A stretch of DNA of 64,000 bases from an uncultured Actinomycetes bacterium. Lineage in GTDB: Bacteria > Actinomycetota > Thermoleophilia > UBA2241. Under the pieces are notes generated by a model. It did not search any database and had not been told where the DNA came from. It saw only the letters and a program-made list of their open reading frames with translations. The stretch covers positions 209,666 to 273,665 of the forward strand of contig CAWHYB010000002.1 in assembly GCA_963833555.1 (NCBI GenBank), read 5' to 3'. Each line of letters starts with the position of its first letter. The stretch's first letter is position 1. The translations under genes were made by a program, and so were the position numbers. Shown here in pieces: positions 57,864 to 64,000 of the stretch.

Positions 57864-59108
57864 TCAGTCCGGGAACGGCGGCCGCTCCGGTCGGGAACCC
57901 TCCAGCAGCAGGACCCGATAGCGCTCACCAACCGCCCCGCCCGGGTGACGCGAGGGCACGAGCACGAGACCGTCGGCGAGCGCCATCGAACGCAGGATCC
58001 CCGACCCCTGCGGCCCGGTCGTCGCGAACCGCCAGCCACCCTCGGCGTCGCGCTCGAGCCGGCAGCGCCGCACCTCGACTCTGTCCTTTGTCGGCCTCAC
58101 CGGCTCGAGCGCCGCGGCCGCCACCCACGGCCGCCAGATGTCGTGTCTGCCCTGCATCGTCAGCAGCGCGGGGCGCACGTAGAGCTCGAACGACACCATG
58201 GCCGCGACAGGGTTTCCGGGCGCCCCGAACACCAGCCGCTCGCCGCCGGCGCCGTAGACCCCGAACGCCACGGGCTTGCCGGGCTTGGTGGCGACGCCCC
58301 AGAACCGCCGCTGCACCCCGAGCTCGTCCTGGACCTGCTTCACGAAATCGTAGTCGCCTACCGAGACGCCGCCCGACGTGATCGTCACGTCGTGCTCGAG
58401 GGCGCGAGCAATGAGGTCGCGCGTCACGGCACGGTCGTCGCGGGCGATGCCGAGCAGCACGGGCTCGGCGCCCGCGGCGAGCGCCTGGCCGAACGCGGTG
58501 AAAGAGTTCGAGTTGCGGATAAGGCCGGGCGCGAGCGCCTCGCCCGGCGCGACCAGCTCGCTGCCGGTCGCGAGGATCGCGACGCTCGGGCGGCGCGCCA
58601 CCTCGACGCTCTCGACGCCGACCGACGCCAGGAGCCCGACCACGGCAGGCGTCACGACGGCGCCGGCGGGCAGCACCATGTCGCCGCGCCGCAGATCTTC
58701 GGCGGCGCGGCGCACGTTGCTGCCGGCATCCGGCGCCAGCTCGACGAACAGCCGGCCGTCGCGCTCGCGCGTGTGCTCGACCTGTACCACGGTGTCGGCC
58801 CCGACCGGAAGCGGCGCTCCGGTCATGATGCGCGCCGCCTGGCCGGGGCCGACCGGCCGCCGCGCCACACTGCCGGCCGGGATCTCCTCGACGACCTCGA
58901 ACCCGTCCTGGAGAGGCACACCACCCAGATCCGCGGCGCGTAGAGCGAAGCCGTCCATGGCCGAGTTGTCGAACGACGGGACGTCCTCGGGCGAGACGAC
59001 ATCGGCGGCGGCGGCGCGGCCGAACGCCTCGAGCAGCAGGACACGCTCGGCGCCGAGCGGCCGCGCCGCGGCCAGCACCAGGTCGATCGCCTCGTTCAGG
59101 GGGATCAT
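57864..59108 (-). CDS. moeA: Molybdopterin molybdenumtransferase MoeA
   Basis: 415 aa from MIPLNEAIDLV with PSFDNSAMDGFALR, RIMTGAPLPVGADTVV, ATGSELV, IRNSNS, TSGGVSVGDYDFVK, KPGKP and GLPGNP-like GAPGNPVAAMVSF. Confidence 0.85.
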   Translation of the reverse strand: MIPLNEAIDLVLAAARPLGAERVLLLEAFGRAAAADVVSPEDVPSFDNSAMDGFALRAADLGGVPLQDGFEVVEEIPAGSVARRPVGPGQAARIMTGAPLPVGADTVVQVEHTRERDGRLFVELAPDAGSNVRRAAEDLRRGDMVLPAGAVVTPAVVGLLASVGVESVEVARRPSVAILATGSELVAPGEALAPGLIRNSNSFTAFGQALAAGAEPVLLGIARDDRAVTRDLIARALEHDVTITSGGVSVGDYDFVKQVQDELGVQRRFWGVATKPGKPVAFGVYGAGGERLVFGAPGNPVAAMVSFELYVRPALLTMQGRHDIWRPWVAAAALEPVRPTKDRVEVRRCRLERDAEGGWRFATTGPQGSGILRSMALADGLVLVPSRHPGGAVGERYRVLLLEGSRPERPPFPD

Positions 59109-59512
59109 CGCGCGGCCTCCCGATCGCTCGTCGCCGGGGCGCGACGCCGCGCCCACCACAACAGCCCCAGGGCGACCGCCACGCCGGCCACGTCGACGGC
59201 GAAGTCGCGCCAGTCGGCGGAACGGTAGGGGATCGGCGCCTGGATGATCTCGATCGCCCCACCGTAGCCCGCTCCCGCGAGCGCCCCGGCGCGCAGCCCT
59301 GCGTCGTCGTGCCCGGCAGTTCGCCAACCGCCACCCCGGGCGACCGCGACGAGCACCGCGAAGAGGCCGAACTCCAGGAAGTGGCCGACACTGCCCGACG
59401 TGCTCCAGGTCTCCCGGGGCACGAACCCGAACACCCAGCCGACAGGCACGACCGAGACGACCAGCACCACGATCCCCCAGACAAGCCAGCCGCGGCGGGC
59501 GATCAGGTCCAT
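59105..59512 (-). CDS. VanZ-like family membrane protein
   Basis: 135 aa with 4 hydrophobic segments. GHFLEFGLFAVL and YGGAIEIIQAPIPYRSADWRDFAVDVAGV. The stop overlaps the moeA ATG. Confidence 0.6.
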   Translation of the reverse strand: MDLIARRGWLVWGIVVLVVSVVPVGWVFGFVPRETWSTSGSVGHFLEFGLFAVLVAVARGGGWRTAGHDDAGLRAGALAGAGYGGAIEIIQAPIPYRSADWRDFAVDVAGVAVALGLLWWARRRAPATSDREAAR

Positions 59513-60927
59513 GTGGGACGGCCGGTCTCGGTCGGGGGCGCGGGCGCCCCAGACGCACCGGCGCGGCCGGCGGCGACCGAGCGCGCGAAGCGCTCGTCGC
59601 CGTCGGCCGCCACGACGAGCAGCAGCCCGCCACCGACACCTATGGTGGCGCCGCGGCGTGCGATGCGATTACTCAGACCGCGGCAGGTCGCGGCCGCGAG
59701 CGGCGCGTTGGTGAGCGGATACTCGAGCCCCTTGAGCGTCACGACGGCCGTCGGCGTGAGGGCGAGCAGCGACACCCGGGTACCGGGCGGCGAGGTCAGG
59801 TGCAATCGCGCCGGCGACCACACCACCGTCGCGGCGACGCCCGGCGCGGCCAGGCGCGCGTCGCGCCCGCGCGACGCGAGGCCGCGCAGCAGCGCGACGT
59901 GGCCGATCTCGTGGTCGAACGCGCCGCCGAACGCGCCGAGCAGCACGATCTCACCCTGGTGGTTGGCTTCGGCCCAGGCCACCGCCAGCTCGGCGTCGGT
60001 CTCGTCCTTCTTCACCGGGTGCTGCACGACCTCTACGCCCGCATCACGAGCCTCGACGACGAGCTCCGCATCGAGCGAGTCGAAGTCGCCGATCAGCACC
60101 CGCGGCCAGCGGCCGAGGCGGCGCAGGTAGCGGTGGCCGCCGTCGGCGGCCACGACCACCTGCGCCGCCTCGATCTGCCGCACGTGCCAGGCCTCGTCTT
60201 CGTAGTCGCCGTTGAGCAGGATCACACAGGTCATGACGATCTTCTTCTCATCAGTCCCCCCGGCCGGCGCCCGTCGCGGCATCGTAGGCCCGAACACCAC
60301 CGCCAGCAAGACGACGGTGAGCAACGCCTCGGGCACGAGGTACAGCAGATTGTAGGTCAACGAGTACAGCCAGACCGGCTGGCCGGCGGGCGCGTAGGAC
60401 GCGAAGAACACGATCCCCGACAGGAAGTGGCAGACGAAGCGGGCGCCGACGCCCACGGCGACGGCGCCCGCCAGCGAAGCGACGAACGGCGCCAGCGCAC
60501 GGCCGCGCAGCGTGGCCGGCGCGCGACGCACAGGCACGAGCGCGGCCAGGCCCAGCGCGCCGAACGCCAGCGGGTAGTCCAGCACCAACTGCACCGGGTG
60601 CACGACGAACGCCCCCGGAAGCAGGAGCTGCACGAAGCCGTAGACGACGCCGGCGGCCACCCCGAGGGCCAGGCCACGGCGCACAGCCAGGAACAGCAAC
60701 GGCAGCATCTCGAGGCTCACTGAGCCCCCCTGGGGCATGACGAACAGCTTCACGAGCCCGAGGGCCGCCGCCAGCGCGACGGCCACACCCGCTTCGGCGA
60801 TGACCTTCGCGTCCCAGCGGTCGGGTTCGATCACCACCCTCGGCTTGACGAATCCGATCGCTCGTGACCTGACGGATTCGCGACGGGTCCGTCCGTCGAC
60901 TGTCTGATCGGCATGTGCGCGAGGCAT
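59503..60927 (-). CDS. Single ORF fusing a ThiT/YuaJ-family thiamine transporter to thiamine pyrophosphokinase
   Basis: The N-terminal part has MPQGGSVSLEMLPLLFLAVRRG, HPVQLVLDYPLAFGALG and LSGIVFFASYAPAGQPVWLYSLTYN, which are YuaJ signatures. With no intervening stop it continues as MTCVILLNGDY...LIGDFDSLD...VKKDETDAELA...LGAFGGAFDHEIGH, which are TPK signatures. Confidence 0.75.
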   Translation of the reverse strand: MPRAHADQTVDGRTRRESVRSRAIGFVKPRVVIEPDRWDAKVIAEAGVAVALAAALGLVKLFVMPQGGSVSLEMLPLLFLAVRRGLALGVAAGVVYGFVQLLLPGAFVVHPVQLVLDYPLAFGALGLAALVPVRRAPATLRGRALAPFVASLAGAVAVGVGARFVCHFLSGIVFFASYAPAGQPVWLYSLTYNLLYLVPEALLTVVLLAVVFGPTMPRRAPAGGTDEKKIVMTCVILLNGDYEDEAWHVRQIEAAQVVVAADGGHRYLRRLGRWPRVLIGDFDSLDAELVVEARDAGVEVVQHPVKKDETDAELAVAWAEANHQGEIVLLGAFGGAFDHEIGHVALLRGLASRGRDARLAAPGVAATVVWSPARLHLTSPPGTRVSLLALTPTAVVTLKGLEYPLTNAPLAAATCRGLSNRIARRGATIGVGGGLLLVVAADGDERFARSVAAGRAGASGAPAPPTETGRPTWT

Positions 60928-60933
60928 CAGATA

Positions 60934-61040
60934 CTCCCTTCGCTGGCATTACCCAGCAGCGCCGGTGTAGCGAGCGCCGCCACCCTCGGGGTGGTCAGGT
61001 TCTGCGCGTCGGCGCTAGGAAGCGCCCTCTCAGCCCCTCT
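60934..61040 (-). promoter_or_regulatory. TPP (THI-box) riboswitch upstream of the ThiT-TPK ORF
   Basis: The minus-strand RNA reads GGGGCUGAGAGGGCGC...GCGCC...GAACCUGACC...(variable stem)...GGGUAAUGCCAGCGAAGGGAGUAUCUGAUG. The CUGAGA, ACCUGA and UAAUGCCAGCG.AGGGA elements are conserved. The GGGAG Shine-Dalgarno sequence is embedded in the 3' strand. Confidence 0.75.
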
Positions 61041-61146
61041 CTCAGGAGCTCCGCAGGACGCGTTCATCATACCCCGCGTGGGCCCGAGACGACCCCGCGG
61101 CGGGGCCGCCGTGTTTCAAGACCGTCGGAGACCGTTGACAGAGCCC

Positions 61147-61470
61147 TGTGGAAAGTGTGGATAACTTCCTTTTGCCACGCACACAGGCTCGAACCCGGGG
61201 TGAAGAAACCGCTGGTGCGAAGAAGTTGACTTGACAGCGCGGTGCCCCGGCTATCAGTGCGTGGCTGCGGCCGGTTGCAGGTCTTTCCTCGAGACACCCG
61301 GTCCGATTTGCCCCTTGACAGCATGCCCTCGGATGCCTTTCCGTCGCCCCGACCCCGCGCCCTGCCGCGAGGGGCAGTGAAAGGCGCTTTTCCACAAATG
61401 CTGGAGTTTGCGCTGAATCGGTCCCTTTCGGCCGACGGCTCTCCACAGTTGTCGAAAACCCTGTGGACAA
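61147..61470. other. Candidate oriC: cluster of DnaA boxes in a less GC-rich intergenic region
   Basis: TGTGGATAA at 61156-61164 (= TTATCCACA, perfect). TGTGGACAA at 61462-61470 (= TTGTCCACA). TTTTCCACA at 61388-61396. TGTGGAAAG at 61147-61155. CTCTCCACA at 61439-61447. dnaA lies about 1 kb downstream. Confidence 0.65.
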
Positions 61471-61546
61471 CCACGTTCGTTCACCTGCAAATCGGCTTTT
61501 CAGGCCGACCCGCGGCGGGGACCGCTTTGGTATACTTCCAGCCCCC

Positions 61547-62392
61547 ATGGAGTCGTTCCTCGACAGGCTACTGGCCCAGGACTCAGCACCCTCCGCGGCA
61601 TCGGCGGTGATCGCGGCGCCGGCCGCAGTCGCCGGTGAGCCGGCGGAGGGACCGCTTGCGGCGCGTCTGCCGGAGCCGCCGTCGGGCCCGGGCGCACCCC
61701 GCATCGCCGTCTACGACACGCTCACCAGCCCGCCGCGGGTCATCACCGTCGAAGAACGCGACCTTCCGTCGCTCATCGGCTCGCTTGCCGAGAAGACCTA
61801 CCATTCCTGTCGCGAGCAGGGAGGCAACGTCCCGTTCACCGTCATCAACGAGCTCATCGAGAACCTCATGCACGCCTGCTTTCTCGATGTCGTCATCACC
61901 ATCCTCGACGGCGGCCGACTGGTGCGCATCTCGGACCACGGTCCGGGGCTCGACGACAAGGAGCGTGCCTTCCTGCCGGGCTTCACAACGGCCACCGCCG
62001 CGCAGCGGCGCTTCATCCGCGGCGTCGGCTCGGGCCTGCCTATAGCACGCGAGTCGCTCGGGTTCCTGCGCGGCGTGATCACCGTCGAGGACAACCTCGG
62101 CGGCGGCGCGGTCTTCACGATCAAGATGCCGCAGCAGCAGCCGGCCGAGCCCGTCCCCAAGGCGGCTCCGCCGCGCACCCGCGTCACCCTGCGCCAGCAG
62201 AAGGTCCTCGTCCTGCTGATGGAGCTCAACACTGCCGGTCCCAGCGCACTCGCCAAAGAGCTCGGGGTCGCTCCGGCCACAGCCTATCGGGAGCTGCATA
62301 TACTGGAGACCATGGGTCTGGTACACTCGCGCGGCGACGGGAAGCGCGCCCTCACCGAAGAGGGGATGGGCCTCCTCGAGTCGCTCTTCTGA
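61547..62392 (+). CDS. GHKL/HATPase_c-like ATP-binding protein fused to a C-terminal winged HTH (MarR/TrmB-like)
   Basis: Ala/Pro-rich N-terminus. N-box INELIENLMHA, G1 SDHGPGLD, G2 GVGSGLPIA. Then LRQQKVLVLLMELNTAGPSALAKELGVAPATAYRELHILETMGLVHS. Confidence 0.6.
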   Translation: MESFLDRLLAQDSAPSAASAVIAAPAAVAGEPAEGPLAARLPEPPSGPGAPRIAVYDTLTSPPRVITVEERDLPSLIGSLAEKTYHSCREQGGNVPFTVINELIENLMHACFLDVVITILDGGRLVRISDHGPGLDDKERAFLPGFTTATAAQRRFIRGVGSGLPIARESLGFLRGVITVEDNLGGGAVFTIKMPQQQPAEPVPKAAPPRTRVTLRQQKVLVLLMELNTAGPSALAKELGVAPATAYRELHILETMGLVHSRGDGKRALTEEGMGLLESLF

Positions 62393-62453
62393 CCACCTCT
62401 CGCCGACACGCAGTGCCGGTCGCCGCATCCGTGTCGGGCGGCAGGCGGCATCT

Positions 62454-63881
62454 TTGGGGGACGGCATCGACGACCAGCTGACACTCATCTGGGACGAGGC
62501 CCGCAGGCACATCCGCCAGCGTGTCAACGACCGCACCTACCGGCTCTGGTTCGAACGCACCGTGGCCGTCGGGCTCGAGGATGGGCGCTTCATCATCGGC
62601 CTGCCCAACGAGTTCGCGCGCGAGTGGGTCGAGTCGCGGTTCGCCGATCTCCTGCACGAGGCCGTCAGCAGCGCCATGGCCGACGACGTCGATGTGGTGC
62701 TCGTCGTCGACGAGCGAGCGGCCGCGATCGAGACAAAGGGGGACGACGGCCAGGCGGTCGAAGACGTCCCGGCGGGTCGCGCGGCCGGCGGGGCCGGCGC
62801 ACCCGCGGCCACCGTTGCGCGTGACACAGACGTCGCCGGCCCCGCCGGCCTCAACTCCCGCTACGTCTTCGATCGCTGGGTCGTCGGCCCCCACAACGAA
62901 TACGCCACCGCCGTCGGCCGCAGTGTCGCCGAGGCTCCCGGGTCGGCCTACAATCCGGTGTTCATCTACGCCGACACCGGGCTGGGTAAGACCCATCTCG
63001 TGCAAGCCATCGCCCACGAGATCGCGGCGCGCTCTCCGGCACTGCGGCTCAAGTACGTCACCTGCGAGCAGTTCACCGACGAGTTCATCACGGCGGTCAC
63101 CGAGAAGAACCGCGTCGAGGGCTTCAAGAAGGCCTACCGCACCAACGACGTCCTGCTGATCGACGATATCCAGTTCCTGGCCGGCAAAGAGGGCACCCAG
63201 GTCGAGTTCTTCCATACGTTCAACGCACTCTACGAAGCCGACAAGCAGATCCTCCTCACCTCAGACCGCCAGCCACGCGAACTCGAGGAGCTCGACGACC
63301 GCCTGCGCTCGCGCTTCGGCCAAGGCGTCGTCGTCGACATCGGGCGGCCCGACGTCGAGACGCGCATCGCCATCCTCCGCCGCCAGGTCAAGGTCGAAGG
63401 CTTCAAGGTGCGCGAGCCCGAGGCGCTCGAGTACATCGCCAGCCGGGTGTCGACGAACATCCGCGAGCTCGTCGGAGCGTTGCGGCGGGTCGTCAGTTAC
63501 GCCTCGATCACCCACGGCGACGTCACTCTCGAGCTCGCCCGCGAGGCGCTCAAGGACATCCTTCCCAAGCCCTTCACGCAACCCATCACGGTCGAAGGCG
63601 TGCAAAGCGAGGTCGCGCGCCAGTTCGGCTGCCACGTGAGCGACCTGCGCGGCGACAAGCGCACCGCCGACATCGCCTACGCGCGCCACATCGCCATGTA
63701 CCTGAGTCGCGATCTGACCGAGATCTCGCTCCCGCAGATCGGCAAGCGCTTCGGCGGGCGTGACCACAGCACGGTCCTCTACGCGGTCAACAGGATCGAC
63801 CGCCTCCTCAAAGACGGTCACGACAGGCAGCTTCACGAGCTTCTCCAGGTCATCACCAGCCGCCTCCAGGCCGGCCGCTGA
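62454..63881 (+). CDS. dnaA: Chromosomal replication initiator protein DnaA
   Basis: 475 aa from a TTG start. Domain [13 protein letters not shown]...TYRLWF, AAA+ [38 protein letters not shown] and [16 protein letters not shown]. Domain [40 protein letters not shown]. Confidence 0.95.
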   Translation: MGDGIDDQLTLIWDEARRHIRQRVNDRTYRLWFERTVAVGLEDGRFIIGLPNEFAREWVESRFADLLHEAVSSAMADDVDVVLVVDERAAAIETKGDDGQAVEDVPAGRAAGGAGAPAATVARDTDVAGPAGLNSRYVFDRWVVGPHNEYATAVGRSVAEAPGSAYNPVFIYADTGLGKTHLVQAIAHEIAARSPALRLKYVTCEQFTDEFITAVTEKNRVEGFKKAYRTNDVLLIDDIQFLAGKEGTQVEFFHTFNALYEADKQILLTSDRQPRELEELDDRLRSRFGQGVVVDIGRPDVETRIAILRRQVKVEGFKVREPEALEYIASRVSTNIRELVGALRRVVSYASITHGDVTLELAREALKDILPKPFTQPITVEGVQSEVARQFGCHVSDLRGDKRTADIAYARHIAMYLSRDLTEISLPQIGKRFGGRDHSTVLYAVNRIDRLLKDGHDRQLHELLQVITSRLQAGR

Positions 63882-64000
63882 CCGTCTCGACACGTCCCTG
63901 TTGACGAACCCGGGACAACGCGGTGGAGAATGTCGCGTGCCAGGGTCAAACCGGTTATGCTTGCGGGTGCCGAGGGGCCATGAGGGGGACTCCTGGGGGC

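Noticed and set aside
63882-64000. A second DnaA-box cluster or oriC downstream of dnaA.
   Set aside because: Only one weak box-like 9-mer (GGTGGAGAA, two mismatches) lies in the 119 bp available before the window ends. There is not enough sequence to judge.
1-64000. CRISPR arrays, IS elements, transposases, integrases, prophage or toxin-antitoxin and defence modules.
   Set aside because: No regularly spaced direct repeats, no DDE/tyrosine/serine recombinase motifs and no recognisable defence gene signatures appear in any of the six frames.

Overview
Very GC-rich bacterial chromosome segment, probably Actinomycetota-like (UPF0182 protein, class E sortase, hairpin terminators without U-tracts). 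It ends at the replication origin: a DnaA-box cluster at 61.15-61.47 kb and dnaA at 62454-63881. Most genes from 16.4 to 61 kb are on the minus strand, co-directional with a fork leaving oriC. A plus-strand block at 3.6-16.3 kb holds a 7-gene HdrCBA-MvhD-Flx-like electron-bifurcation cluster. Other content: a CheB-CheR-PP2C fusion, tRNA-Asp and tRNA-Val, an ECF sigma / propeller anti-sigma pair next to a minor-pilin operon, a GAF-GGDEF gene, MoeA, and a TPP riboswitch in front of a ThiT-thiamine pyrophosphokinase fused ORF. The most unusual region is a co-directional island of about 21.7 kb (34.9-56.5 kb). It combines five non-pyrrolysine MttB-family methyltransferase paralogs, a RamA/RACo-type corrinoid activase, KamA, a class-III aminotransferase, a BKACE (Kce-like) enzyme, a polar-amino-acid ABC transporter and four tandem EamA transporters. 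No corrinoid-binding protein is visible in the window. Many recognisable genes carry frameshifts, and these are strongly clustered. Where resolvable they sit in short G/C runs, so assembly artefact versus real gene decay must be settled with reads. No CRISPR array, IS element, transposase, integrase or rRNA was seen.
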